Assembly (NCBI GenBank): GCA_016721625.1
Contig: JADKHR010000001.1
Location: 2,419,807-2,483,806 of the forward strand
DNA: 64,000 nt
From: Elusimicrobiota bacterium
GTDB lineage: Bacteria; Elusimicrobiota; Elusimicrobia; FEN-1173
Direction: 5' to 3'
The notes beneath the pieces are model-generated. The model was not told the DNA's origin, ran no database searches, and was given only the letters and a program-made list of their open reading frames with translations. A program made the position numbers and the translations under genes. Of this stretch, positions 36,979 through 46,662 are shown one piece after another; position 1 is the first letter of the stretch, and each line of letters opens with the position of its first letter.

Positions 36979-37719
36979 GTGCCCCACTTTTTTGTTTCTC
37001 CCAAAAGTATTCGCGCCGGCCGGTTCGTCCTTTCGGTTGAAGAGTCCGGTCATTTGGCGCGGGTGTTGAGGAAAAAGGCCGGCGATGAAATTGGGCTTTT
37101 TGACGGAGTGAACCATTCCTATCGCGGGGTGTTGGAGGTCGTGACGCCGGAGCGGGTGGAGGGAAGGATTTTGGCGGAGGCTTCGACGGCGGAGGAGCCT
37201 TACACCCTTCGCTTGTTTCAGGCGGTTCCGAAGGGGGACGCTTTCGAGTGGATTTTGGAGAAGGCCACCGAGCTCGGCGTGGCCGAAATCGTTCCCCTGC
37301 AGACCCGGCGAAGCGTGGCCGTGGTCCCGGCGGACCGCTGGGCCGCGAAAAAAGCGCGCTGGGAAAAAATTGTCCGCGCGGCGTCGGCTCAATGCGGGCG
37401 CGTGGAAGTGCCTCCCATTTCAGTGCCGGTGGACGTGGCGGGGGCCCTCGCCCGGTTGGGGCCGGGGGAGACGTCTCTCATCCCCTGGGAGGGGGAAATG
37501 GAGCGGACGTTGAAAGCCGCGCTCGCTTCCGTCGATCGGGTCGGGCGGCGGCCGGTGGTAAATGTTATGATCGGGCCGGAAGGCGGCTTTGACCCCGGCG
37601 AAGTGGCCCAGGTTCGGGTCGCGGGCGTGGTGCCCGTGACGCTCGGCCCCCGGATTTTACGGACGGAAACCGCCGGGATCTTCGCCGCCTCCGCCATCTT
37701 TTATGAACTCGGACTCTAA
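36979..37719 (+). CDS. rsmE: 16S rRNA (uracil1498-N3)-methyltransferase
   Basis: PUA-like N domain + SPOUT C domain (IGPEGGF). Confidence 0.8.
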   Translation: MPHFFVSPKSIRAGRFVLSVEESGHLARVLRKKAGDEIGLFDGVNHSYRGVLEVVTPERVEGRILAEASTAEEPYTLRLFQAVPKGDAFEWILEKATELGVAEIVPLQTRRSVAVVPADRWAAKKARWEKIVRAASAQCGRVEVPPISVPVDVAGALARLGPGETSLIPWEGEMERTLKAALASVDRVGRRPVVNVMIGPEGGFDPGEVAQVRVAGVVPVTLGPRILRTETAGIFAASAIFYELGL

Positions 37720-38107
37720 ACCCATTTCCTCCGTTTCCCCGCCCCAGCGAAGTTGGGGTTGGATCGTCGGCGTTTCCGCTGGGGTGAGCGTCGGCTCATT
37801 AATTGCGGGGACGTTCGTCTTGGTGGACCCCCTCGGTTTGTTGGCCGTTTTTTTCTGCGTGGGCGCTTTGGCCGGAATGTTGGCCACCCGCCAGGCGTGG
37901 CTGGCCGGGATCATCGTCGGCCTTCCTCTCGGTTTGCAACAGCTCACCCGTTACTCCCTCCAGGAATTTAAAACTCTATCGGAAGCCCTGGGCCGGGCCG
38001 ATTATTGGCGCATCGTTCCCCCGGTTTCCATCGTGGCCACGGGGGTCGCTGTTTTGGGCGCCATGTCCGGGGCGTGGCTTTTGGGCGCGCGGTTCCGGCC
38101 CCGGTGA
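37703..38107 (+). CDS. hypothetical small membrane protein
   Basis: 3-4 TM helices; overlaps neighbours by a few nt. Confidence 0.3.
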   Translation: MNSDSKPISSVSPPQRSWGWIVGVSAGVSVGSLIAGTFVLVDPLGLLAVFFCVGALAGMLATRQAWLAGIIVGLPLGLQQLTRYSLQEFKTLSEALGRADYWRIVPPVSIVATGVAVLGAMSGAWLLGARFRPR

Positions 38108-39297
38108 AAGTTTCTTTTCAAACCTTCGGGTGTAAAGCGAACCAGTACGATACGGAGCTTCTCCGGGCGAGGCTGGAGTCCGGCGGGGGCGTTTCCGTCG
38201 ACGATCACCGGGAGGCGGACCTTTGCCTGGTCAACTCCTGCTCGGTGACGGCCAAGGCCGACCAGGAATGCCGACAGTTTGTTCGGCGGTTACTGCGGGA
38301 AAACCCCAAGGCCCGCGTGGTGGTGACCGGCTGTTACGCCAGCCATGCCCCGGAATCGCTTCGTTCCCTTTCCCCCCGCGTCGAGGTTTATTCCAATAAG
38401 GAAAAAGAAGGTCTTCCCGCCTGCCTAGGGTTTGAAGTGGCCCCCGAGGTGTGGGGCCTCTCCCGGTTTGCCCACCGCGCCCGGGCCTTCGTCAAAATTC
38501 AAGACGGATGCAAGGCGCCCTGCCGTTATTGCATCATCCCCCAAACGAGGCCGGACTACTGGAGCAAGCCCGTCGACCACGTGCTGAAAGAAGTCCGGAC
38601 GCTGGTCGACGCCGGCCATGGAGAAATCGTTTTCACCGGCATTCGGCTGGGTCTTTACCGCGGGCGGTCGCCCGAGGGAAAATCCGAGGGGTTGGCGGCT
38701 CTTTTGGCCCGCGTCGTCGCGCTGTCCGGGCGGTTTCGGGTGCGGCTATCGTCTTTGGAAGTCACCGAAATTCCCGATGAGTTGATCCATCTCGCGGCCG
38801 GGACGGACAAGGTCTGCGCCCATTTCCACATCCCTCTTCAGTCGGCCGACGACGGCGTTCTCAAAGACATGGGCCGTTGGTATCGGTTTGCCGACTACGA
38901 AGACCGGGTTCGGACGGTGCGCCGGTTTCTGCCCGACGCCGCGGTGACCGCCGACGTGTTGACCGGGTTTCCGACAGAATCGGAAGCGGCGTTTGAAACC
39001 ACCCTGGGCCGTATCGAAGGCTTGAACCTGACCGGCCTGCACGCGTTCCCCTATTCTCCTCGGCCAGGCACCCCCGCGGCCGAACTTGAACCCCTGGACC
39101 GGGCCATTCTTCAGAAACGCACGCGGCGGCTCATCTCTCTGTCCGAGTCTTTGACCGCCCGCTTCCGGGACCGTTTTCGCGGCACCACCCGGACGGCCCT
39201 CGCCGAAGGCACGGGCGAGGGTTGGACCGACAACTACCTCCGCGTCTCCCTCCCCGCCGAGGTCCCCGCAGGCACCCTCGTTCCCTCTACCCTTTAG
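38104..39297 (+). CDS. radical SAM methylthiotransferase, MtaB/MiaB family
   Basis: GTG start; N-terminal MTTase Cys triad and radical SAM CKAPCRYC. Confidence 0.75.
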   Translation: MKVSFQTFGCKANQYDTELLRARLESGGGVSVDDHREADLCLVNSCSVTAKADQECRQFVRRLLRENPKARVVVTGCYASHAPESLRSLSPRVEVYSNKEKEGLPACLGFEVAPEVWGLSRFAHRARAFVKIQDGCKAPCRYCIIPQTRPDYWSKPVDHVLKEVRTLVDAGHGEIVFTGIRLGLYRGRSPEGKSEGLAALLARVVALSGRFRVRLSSLEVTEIPDELIHLAAGTDKVCAHFHIPLQSADDGVLKDMGRWYRFADYEDRVRTVRRFLPDAAVTADVLTGFPTESEAAFETTLGRIEGLNLTGLHAFPYSPRPGTPAAELEPLDRAILQKRTRRLISLSESLTARFRDRFRGTTRTALAEGTGEGWTDNYLRVSLPAEVPAGTLVPSTL

Positions 39298-39323
39298 GTT
39301 TAACCCTTTTAAAGGGTTTTCTA

Positions 39324-39352
39324 TTGCAAAAAGCGTCTTTTTTCCCTATAAT
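39324..39352 (+). promoter_or_regulatory. promoter TTGCAA-17-TATAAT preceding HIT gene
   Basis: read directly; preceded by hairpin AACCCTTTTAAAGGGTT + T-tract (mtaB terminator). Confidence 0.45.
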
Positions 39353-39358
39353 CCCGCG

Positions 39359-39703
39359 GTGATCGAATGCCTCTTTTGCCGGATCGTCCAAAAAGAGATT
39401 CCGGCCAGCGTGGTTTTCGAAAACGATGCGGTTTTGGCGTTCAAGGATCTTCATCCCCAAGCGCCGGTGCACGCGCTGATTATCCCGAAGAAACATGTGG
39501 CGCGGGCCCTGGATTTGTCGCCGGAAGACGCGCCGCTTTTGGGGGAAATTTACCAGGCCGCCAAAAAGCTCGCCGATCAGTTTTCCGTGCGGGAAACCGG
39601 GTTTAGGCTCGTCGTGAACAACGGACCCGACGCGGGTCAGGCCGTGAGCCACTTGCACGTTCATTTTTTGGCGGGCCGCCGCCTCGGCTGGCCCCCCGGG
39701 TAG
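39359..39703 (+). CDS. HIT-family (histidine triad) hydrolase
   Basis: HLHVHFL triad motif. Confidence 0.8.
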   Translation: MIECLFCRIVQKEIPASVVFENDAVLAFKDLHPQAPVHALIIPKKHVARALDLSPEDAPLLGEIYQAAKKLADQFSVRETGFRLVVNNGPDAGQAVSHLHVHFLAGRRLGWPPG

Positions 39704-39812
39704 GGGACCACAAACCTCGTTCGATTTAGTTTTTTTTCGCCGGCTCGGTTGGCCGGACGAGGACTTTTGCTTTTGCGGGTAAAAATTCAACCGGAAGGTG
39801 GTGTTTTCAATA

Positions 39813-40013
39813 ATGGTTTTCGTCAAAGTTCGTGATGGGGAATCCATCGAAGAAGCTCTTCGCCGGTTCAAGCGCGAATGCGAGCGCAACGGCATTATGC
39901 AGGAAATCAAACGGCGGGAATACTACGAGCCGCCTTCCGTCAAGCGGAAGCGCAAACAGGCCGAGTCCCGCCGTAAATTGCGCCGACGCATGGCGCGGGC
40001 GAACCGCGGGTAA
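39813..40013 (+). CDS. rpsU: 30S ribosomal protein S21
   Basis: [21 protein letters not shown]. Confidence 0.85.
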   Translation: MVFVKVRDGESIEEALRRFKRECERNGIMQEIKRREYYEPPSVKRKRKQAESRRKLRRRMARANRG

Positions 40014-40054
40014 GCCCGGGGTCTCCGTTTTAGGGGACGCGAGGGCATACTGGA

Positions 40055-41869
40055 GTGGGCGTTTCGCGCGAAACGTTGGAGCGCATCAAGACCGCGCTCG
40101 ACCCCCTGGCCGTTATCCAGGAGGCCGTGCCGAGCTTGAAGCAATCCGGGTCCCGCTGGAAGGGTAATTGTCCGTTTCACAATGAGCGGACGCCTTCCTT
40201 CTATTTCCAACCGGACAAGGGGCTCTGGCATTGTTTCGGCGCGTGCCAGGAGGGCGGGGACATCCTCACCTTCGTGATGAAGCTGGAAGGGCTTTCCTTT
40301 CCGGAAGCTCTGCGGGAACTTGCCCGGCGTACTGGCGTTGTGTTGGATTGGGACAAGAACGACGACGCCGCGAGCCGCCGGGCCAAGGATCGGGACCTGC
40401 TCTTGGTCCTACTGGAAGAGGCGGCGGGGTTTTATCGGGACAGCCTGCGCACGTCTGCCGAGGCGGAGCCGGCGCGGCGGCATTTGAGCCAGCGCGCGAT
40501 TCGGCCCGAGACGGTGAACCAGTTCCGGCTTGGGTATGCGCCGCGGCGGGAAGGGTTTTTGGACGTGGCCCTCAAGAAGGGCGTTCCCATCGAGCGGCTG
40601 CTGTCGGCCGGTTTGGCCGCGCGGTCGGACCGCACCGGGCGGTATCAGGATCCCCTGTCCGGTCGATTGATCTTTCCGATTCATGATCCGTATGGTCAAG
40701 TGGTGGCTTTCGGCGGCCGTGTGTTGGAAGAGGAGGCGGGGCCGAAATACATCAATTCGCCGGAGACCCCCGTCTACACCAAGGGCCGGCACCTTTACGG
40801 TCTCTATGAGGGGCGGGCGGTGTTGCGGGAACGGGCCCGGGCGGTGGTGGTGGAAGGCTACATGGACGTGATCGGTTTGCATCAGGCCGGGATGGGCGCG
40901 GCGGTGGCGCCCCTCGGGACGGCGCTGACGCCGGACCAGGCGCGGTTGATTCGTCGGTACGCCCAGGAAGCGGTTTTGCTTTTCGACCCCGATCCGGCGG
41001 GGCAAAACGCCAGTTGGCGGAGTGCGGCGGTTTTTTTGAAAGAGGACGTGTTCGTCCGCGTGGCCCAGGTGCCGGAAGGGTTGGACCCGGACGAGTTTGT
41101 TCAATCCCGCGGGTTGGGCGCCCTGGAAGAACTTTTGACGAAGGCCCAGGACGTGGTGGATTTTTGGCTGGACCGGTTGGCCCCGGACCTCGCCGGGTTC
41201 AGCGATTTGCATGGGCGCCTTCGGAAGGCCGAAGAGTTGTTGCGGTTTTTGGCCGGCGTGCCGAACGAATTGCTTCGGGAAGAATGGATCAAGCGAACCG
41301 CGACCCGGCTTTCTTTGGACACGGCCGCGCTTCACCGGGAGATGGCTCGCCAAGGAGCCAAGTCGGGAACCGGGGCGCGGCCTCCGGCGGAGAATGCGGC
41401 GGCGCCCGCCCGGCCGAAAGGGCCCGACATTCGGACGGCAGAAGAAGAAGTCCTTCAGATTTTGGGCGGCGTGAGTTCGGTTTGGGAAGGCGTGGACATC
41501 TCCGACGCTCTTTTCGCCGACACCCGGTGCCGGGCGGTGTTTCGGCACTGGCGAGACCAATGGAAGGCCCACCGGTCCATCGATCCGGCCGCGGCCGTGG
41601 AGGCCTTGGGAGCGGCGGACGGGCCCTGGCTGACGGCGCTCTTGTTGGAAGGGAAGAAATTCGACGACCCGCGGGAGGATTTGGCCCGGAGCGTGAAAAG
41701 TTTGGAGTTGTCGGTTCAGCGGCGCGAACGCGCCGCGCTGGAACGCGAGGTTCTGGATATGTTGGAAGGACGTCGGACCCGCGACGAAGTTAAAATTTTG
41801 CGGTATCAAACCCTCACCCGGCTCCTGCGGGCGGCAACGCCCGGGGGCGCGGGTTCATCGGACCGGTGA
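40055..41869 (+). CDS. dnaG: DNA primase
   Basis: zinc ribbon [23 protein letters not shown]. Confidence 0.9.
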   Translation: MGVSRETLERIKTALDPLAVIQEAVPSLKQSGSRWKGNCPFHNERTPSFYFQPDKGLWHCFGACQEGGDILTFVMKLEGLSFPEALRELARRTGVVLDWDKNDDAASRRAKDRDLLLVLLEEAAGFYRDSLRTSAEAEPARRHLSQRAIRPETVNQFRLGYAPRREGFLDVALKKGVPIERLLSAGLAARSDRTGRYQDPLSGRLIFPIHDPYGQVVAFGGRVLEEEAGPKYINSPETPVYTKGRHLYGLYEGRAVLRERARAVVVEGYMDVIGLHQAGMGAAVAPLGTALTPDQARLIRRYAQEAVLLFDPDPAGQNASWRSAAVFLKEDVFVRVAQVPEGLDPDEFVQSRGLGALEELLTKAQDVVDFWLDRLAPDLAGFSDLHGRLRKAEELLRFLAGVPNELLREEWIKRTATRLSLDTAALHREMARQGAKSGTGARPPAENAAAPARPKGPDIRTAEEEVLQILGGVSSVWEGVDISDALFADTRCRAVFRHWRDQWKAHRSIDPAAAVEALGAADGPWLTALLLEGKKFDDPREDLARSVKSLELSVQRRERAALEREVLDMLEGRRTRDEVKILRYQTLTRLLRAATPGGAGSSDR

Positions 41870-41876
41870 CCTGACC

Positions 41877-43601
41877 TTGGAACGACGCGAGCCATTGAAC
41901 CATCAAGACCTGGTACGTGGACTGATCGAACACGGCAAAGAAGCCGGTTTCCTGACCTATGAGGAAATCAGCCAGAAACTTCCCGAAACCAACTTCACCA
42001 CCGAAGAGTTGGACACGCTCTTCGGAAAACTTGAAGAAATGGGGATCGACGTCGTTGAGCGCGGCGAAGACCACGGCCGCGCGAAACACGAAACCCACGA
42101 GGAAATGGGCGTTCCCGATGTGGAGTTGGACACCCAGAACTCCATCCGCATGTATCTTTCCGAGATGGGCAAGGTGCCTCTTCTGACGCGGGAACAGGAA
42201 GTCTCGCTGGCGCGGAGCATCAAAGACAACGAGAAGATCCTGAAGCTCGTCGTTTTGGAATCCCCCATCACGCACCGCGAGGTCCAGAACTGGGAGCAAC
42301 TCTTGGAAGCCGACGAGATGACCCCCAAGGAGCTCATGCCCCGGGGCCGCCGTACGGCCTCCGAGCTTTCGGGCATGCGGCGGCGGGTGAAAACCGTGGT
42401 TCAATTCATCATCCAGGCCGAGCTTCGCATCGACAAGATCAAGCTGAAATTGGAAAGCAAGCTCCCCGCCCAGACGGTGGAGGAACTTAAGGCCAAGATC
42501 AACGCCGAGCGGCAGGTCATCGTTGAACGCATCATCAGCCTGAACCTGAATCAGGAAAAGATTCGCCGGCTGGTCAACAAGATCAAGAGCCTCGGGCTGA
42601 AAGTTCGTGAGTTCGAGGACGAGACCCAGCGTTACGAAAAAAGGTTCAAGCTCCCCTATCAGGAACTTAAAAAGCTTTACCAAAAAGTCCTGGCCAAGAA
42701 GATGCCCGGCGCCCAATTCCACAAGTTGACCGGCTACACCACGAGCGGCATCGAAAGTTCCATGCAGAATGTCGAGACCATCCAACTCCGACTCCAACGC
42801 ATGGTGCGAATGCTTCCCGTGAGCGCCAACGAGCTGTTGGCTCTCGACACTCGAATTCGGCAGTTGGAAGAGGCCATCCTTAAAGACAAGCTTCAGTTGA
42901 TCAAGGCCAACTTGCGGCTGGTGGTTTCCATCGCTAAAAAACACGTGGGGTCGAACTTGGAGCTGTCGGATTTGATCCAGGAAGGCGGCCTCGGTCTCAT
43001 TAAAGCCGTCGAGAAATTCGAATGGAGGCGCGGGTTCAAGTTTTCCACCTACGCCACCTGGTGGATCCGGCAGAGCATCAACCGGGCCATCGCCGACCAG
43101 GCCCGCACCATCCGGATTCCGGTGCACATGAAAGAAGTGATTTCTAAACTCACCAAAGTCAGCCGCAAGTTCCGTCAGGAAAATGGCCGGGATCCGACCG
43201 TGGAGGAATACGGGAAGGCCCTCCGCCTATCGACGGACAAGGTTCGCCAGATCCTGAAGATCATGCAGGAGCCGATCTCCCTGACCACCCCCGTGGGAGA
43301 GGAAGAGGATTCGGTGTTGGAGGATTTTCTCGAGGACAAAGGGGATATTTCGCCCGCGCATTCGGCCAACGATTCCCTCCGCCAGCAGGAGGTGGAGAAA
43401 GCTTTGGCCACCTTGAGCGATCGGGAGGCTGAAATCATCAAGCTCCGGTTCGGCATCGGCACCGGCTACCCGCGCACCTTAGAAGAGCTGGGCCGCATCT
43501 TCAGCGTGACCCGCGAGCGCGTCCGCCAGATCGAAGCCAAAGCCATCCGCAAGCTTCGGCACCCCAGCCGAAGCCGATTCCTGCGGGAATACGTGGAATA
43601 G
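41877..43601 (+). CDS. rpoD: RNA polymerase sigma-70 factor RpoD
   Basis: regions 1.2-4.2 incl. IAKKH and 4.2 HTH; classic rpsU-dnaG-rpoD operon. Confidence 0.9.
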   Translation: MERREPLNHQDLVRGLIEHGKEAGFLTYEEISQKLPETNFTTEELDTLFGKLEEMGIDVVERGEDHGRAKHETHEEMGVPDVELDTQNSIRMYLSEMGKVPLLTREQEVSLARSIKDNEKILKLVVLESPITHREVQNWEQLLEADEMTPKELMPRGRRTASELSGMRRRVKTVVQFIIQAELRIDKIKLKLESKLPAQTVEELKAKINAERQVIVERIISLNLNQEKIRRLVNKIKSLGLKVREFEDETQRYEKRFKLPYQELKKLYQKVLAKKMPGAQFHKLTGYTTSGIESSMQNVETIQLRLQRMVRMLPVSANELLALDTRIRQLEEAILKDKLQLIKANLRLVVSIAKKHVGSNLELSDLIQEGGLGLIKAVEKFEWRRGFKFSTYATWWIRQSINRAIADQARTIRIPVHMKEVISKLTKVSRKFRQENGRDPTVEEYGKALRLSTDKVRQILKIMQEPISLTTPVGEEEDSVLEDFLEDKGDISPAHSANDSLRQQEVEKALATLSDREAEIIKLRFGIGTGYPRTLEELGRIFSVTRERVRQIEAKAIRKLRHPSRSRFLREYVE

Positions 43602-43665
43602 AAGGACGGCCGGCCCGTTATACCAACCATCAGGCCCTGATTCGTTTTGTCGGGGTGCGACGGAG

Positions 43666-43738
43666 GGGCCCTTAGCTCAGCGGTTAGAGCGTCCCGCTCA
43701 TAACGGGTTGGTCGGTGGTTCAACTCCACCAGGGCCCA
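43666..43738 (+). tRNA. tRNA-Met (anticodon CAT; elongator-type features; Ile2/lysidine not excluded)
   Basis: cloverleaf read manually: acceptor GGGCCCT/AGGGCCC, anticodon loop CTCATAA, T-loop TTCAACT; G1-C72 paired. Confidence 0.75.
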
Positions 43739-43783
43739 GGTTTTTCTTGGAGCTTCGCTCAAGGCCAGGAGACGTTTCCCGCC

Positions 43784-44623
43784 ATGATTCTTCCGAAATT
43801 CTTCGTCTCCTCCCTTCATAGCGTCGTCCGTATCGTGGGCGCGCTGTCGTGCGTCTTGGGGTTCCTGTATCTGACCCTCTGCGCCTTTCTCTATTTCGGT
43901 CAAGAGCGCCTTCTGTTTTTCCCTCAAAAAGTCCTCCAGCGATTGGTCTATCCGTTCCGGGGTTTCTTCGAAGAGATTTTTATTGAAGTTCCCGGGGCTC
44001 GCCTGAACGCCGTCCTTTTTCGAGCCGAGCGCTCCCGCGGAGTCGTTCTTTATTTTCATGGGAACGCAGGGTCCCTCTTGACGTGGGAGCCCGTGCGTTG
44101 GCCTTTCTTGACCGCCGGCTACGACGTCCTTCTGATGGACTACCGGGGATATGGGAAAAGCACCGGAAAGATACAAAGCGAAACCCAGTTTTTGGGGGAT
44201 GCCGATGCGGTTTACGCCTGGGCCAAGGCCCGGTATTCGGAGGACCGGATCCTCCTCTGCGGCCGTTCTCTGGGGTCCGGCGTGGCGGCCCACTTGGCCC
44301 GGAAAAACAGTCCCCGGCTCCTGCTTCTGGAATCCGCCTATTTCAGCCTGCTCGATATGAAGCGCCGGCTTTATCCTTTCGTCCCCGATTTCCTGGTGCG
44401 TTACCAACTCCGGTCGGACCTTTGGCTCCGGGAGGTCCGCTGTCCCGTGTCCCTCATCCATGGCCGAGCGGACGCGCTGGTGCCTCACGATTCCAGCGTC
44501 CAACTTTGGCCGTTGATTCCCCGCCAGGGTTTGTTCTTCCTCATCGACGGGGCCGGCCACGACGATTTGTCCGAGTTTAAGGAACACGACGATGCCGTGG
44601 CGGAGATCCTTCGCCAGCCATGA
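43784..44623 (+). CDS. alpha/beta hydrolase
   Basis: nucleophile elbow GRSLG, HGNAG oxyanion region. Confidence 0.7.
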   Translation: MILPKFFVSSLHSVVRIVGALSCVLGFLYLTLCAFLYFGQERLLFFPQKVLQRLVYPFRGFFEEIFIEVPGARLNAVLFRAERSRGVVLYFHGNAGSLLTWEPVRWPFLTAGYDVLLMDYRGYGKSTGKIQSETQFLGDADAVYAWAKARYSEDRILLCGRSLGSGVAAHLARKNSPRLLLLESAYFSLLDMKRRLYPFVPDFLVRYQLRSDLWLREVRCPVSLIHGRADALVPHDSSVQLWPLIPRQGLFFLIDGAGHDDLSEFKEHDDAVAEILRQP

Positions 44624-44671
44624 ATTCCCGGCTGAGCCGGAAATGTTATAATCCCTATTCGCCCGTCCCGT

Positions 44672-44744
44672 GGGCGGTTAGCTCAGCGGCAGAGCGTTCG
44701 CCTCACACGCGAAAGGTCATAGGTTCAATCCCTATACCGCCCAC
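44672..44744 (+). tRNA. tRNA-Val (anticodon CAC)
   Basis: acceptor GGGCGGT/ACCGCCC, anticodon loop CTCACAC; flanked by 13-bp inverted repeat extending acceptor stem. Confidence 0.75.
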
Positions 44745-44780
44745 GGGACGGGCGGGAGAATAAAGGTTCAAAGGATCTTT

Positions 44781-45578
44781 GTGAACGAAATGATCGTCGC
44801 TTTGATTCGCTTGCAAGAAATGGACAAGGAACGCGAGGCCGCGCGCTTGGGAATTTCCCAGGTGGCCGCTTGTCGGGAGGACTTGGCGGTCCGTCGGGCG
44901 GAGGTGGCCGCGGCTCAGGAAAACTCCAAGAAGTTCTTGGTCGAGGCCCAGGTCCAGCGCAAAAATTTGGAGATCGAGATCGAAGCGAAGGACCAGGCGG
45001 TTCGCAAGCACGGAAGCGAGTTGAACAACGTCAAATCTAACGACGCTTACAAGGCTCTCATCAGCGAGATCGAAGCCGCCAAGAAAGAGAAAGTGATTTT
45101 AGAGGATCAGGTCCTGGTGCTTATGGAATCCATCGAGGCGTTGCAGAAGGAAGCCAAGGCCTCCGAAGGCGAGGCTCAGAAAGCCCGCCTGGAAATGGAG
45201 GGGCGGGAACGGGCGTTGGACGCGGAAGAGGCCGAGATCAACGCCAAGGCCGCGGCCCAGAAGATCGCTCGGGATTCTTTCGCGGCGGGCTTGCCGGCGG
45301 ACGTCCGGTCCCGGTACGAGGCCATTCAGCGGGGTCGGCCTGGCTACGCGGCCGTGGTCCCGGTGAACGCCATGGTGTGCGGGGGGTGCCGCACCGGCCT
45401 GACGCCCAATCTGGTGAACCAGGTGATGAAGGGAAAAGAAATTGTCACCTGTGAAAGCTGTTCGCGGATCCTTTATATTGTTCCCAAACCGGTGGAGCCG
45501 GCGGTTTCCTCTCCGGCCCCCCTGCCGGATGGCACGGCTCCCGCCGCTTCGGTCGGGATCGATTCTCCCTCTCATTAA
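44781..45578 (+). CDS. coiled-coil protein with C-terminal C4 zinc ribbon (COG1579-like)
   Basis: long coiled coil then CGGC...CESC. Confidence 0.6.
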   Translation: MNEMIVALIRLQEMDKEREAARLGISQVAACREDLAVRRAEVAAAQENSKKFLVEAQVQRKNLEIEIEAKDQAVRKHGSELNNVKSNDAYKALISEIEAAKKEKVILEDQVLVLMESIEALQKEAKASEGEAQKARLEMEGRERALDAEEAEINAKAAAQKIARDSFAAGLPADVRSRYEAIQRGRPGYAAVVPVNAMVCGGCRTGLTPNLVNQVMKGKEIVTCESCSRILYIVPKPVEPAVSSPAPLPDGTAPAASVGIDSPSH

Positions 45579-45740
45579 CCCGGATAATTCAGTTGCACGC
45601 GAGGACCGAGACGGAAAAGATGGCTCTTTACGAAACAAAAAAGTGAGAGCGTAGCTGGGACTACGGTCGAACTTTTTTGTGAAGTAAAAAGGGTCAGATT
45701 TTACGTCGAATCCCGTGGGCAACTGAATTATTCGGGTTAA
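45575..45740. repeat. 166-bp element with 22-bp terminal inverted repeats (TTAACCCGGATAATTCAGTTGC / GCAACTGAATTATTCGGGTTAA) and internal hairpin, low GC
   Basis: read directly; sits between zinc-ribbon gene stop and rnhA ATG. Confidence 0.45.
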
Positions 45741-45744
45741 ATCC

Positions 45745-46161
45745 ATGGGGGCGCCCCTGTGGACCGCCTATTGCGACGGGGCCTCCCGGGGCAATCCCGG
45801 TCCGGCGTCTTATGGCGTGGTTCTTTGCGATCCCGAGGGCGGCGTGGCGGCCGAGATCGGCGAGCGGATCGGCACGAACACCAACCAAGTGGCGGAATAC
45901 GAAGGGCTGATCCGAGCCCTGACGGAATTGTTGAAACGCGGGGCGACGCGCGCCCAGGTTCGGACCGACTCCCAATTTGTGGTGCGGCAGGTTTCCGGTG
46001 AATATCGGGCGAAAGACGCCCGCATGATCGCTCTCTTGTCCCGAGTCAAAGAACTGGAACGCCGCTTTGAAAAAGTGGACGTGGTCCACATCGCCCGGTC
46101 CAGCCATCCCCACAACCAGCGGGCCGACGGTTTGGCCAACGAAGCGCTGGACCGGAAATAG
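45745..46161 (+). CDS. rnhA: ribonuclease HI
   Basis: CDGASRGNPGPA, catalytic DSQ..., C-terminal basic region. Confidence 0.85.
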   Translation: MGAPLWTAYCDGASRGNPGPASYGVVLCDPEGGVAAEIGERIGTNTNQVAEYEGLIRALTELLKRGATRAQVRTDSQFVVRQVSGEYRAKDARMIALLSRVKELERRFEKVDVVHIARSSHPHNQRADGLANEALDRK

Positions 46162-46181
46162 ATCTTTTTCTTTCCTTTTTT

Positions 46182-46594
46182 CGATGGTCGGCGGATCGCC
46201 GCGGCGAAGAGGGCCGCGGAGGAAAGTCCGAGCTCCAGTGGGCAGGGCGCTTCCTAACGGGAAGGCGGGGGTCGGCGTTTCCCTCGACGGAAAGTGCCAC
46301 AGAGAACAGACCGCCGAACGGCGCCGCGAGGCGCGCGTGGCAAGGGTGAAAACGAGAGGTAAGAGCTCCCGTTCCTCCGTCGAGAGACGGGGGAAGGCAA
46401 ACCCCGCCTGGAGAAAGGCAAGAGTGAGAGGCCCTGGACGTAGGGGGACTGGCCCGGTCCCGTCGCCTTCGGGCGCGTCTCTCAGGTCGCCGCTTGAGCC
46501 CGTTCGCGAGAACGGGCCCAGAGGAATGATCCGTCAGCCGGACCGGGGTTTTCCCCCGGCTCCCGGTGGACAAAACTCGGTGTACAGGCCATCG
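46182..46594 (+). ncRNA. rnpB: RNase P RNA, bacterial type A
   Basis: GGAGGAAAGTCCGAGCTCC (P4), AGTGCCACAGAGAACAGACCGCC, GGCAAGGGTGAAA...GGTAAGAGC; P1 pairing CGATGGTC/GGCCATCG; ends approximate. Confidence 0.8.
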
Positions 46595-46608
46595 CAAACG
46601 CCGCATGG

Positions 46609-46650
46609 GGCCGCTGGTCGCCAAACGACCAGCGGCCTCTTCTTGTTTTC
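46609..46650 (+). terminator. rho-independent terminator after rnpB
   Basis: GGCCGCTGGTCG-loop-CGACCAGCGGCC then TCTTCTTGTTTTC. Confidence 0.6.
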
Positions 46651-46662
46651 TATAATGAATCC

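Noticed and set aside
39359-39361. Leaderless HIT mRNA (promoter -10 ends 7 nt before GTG start)
   Set aside because: The start codon is GTG and the TSS is unverified. Too speculative to report as a feature.
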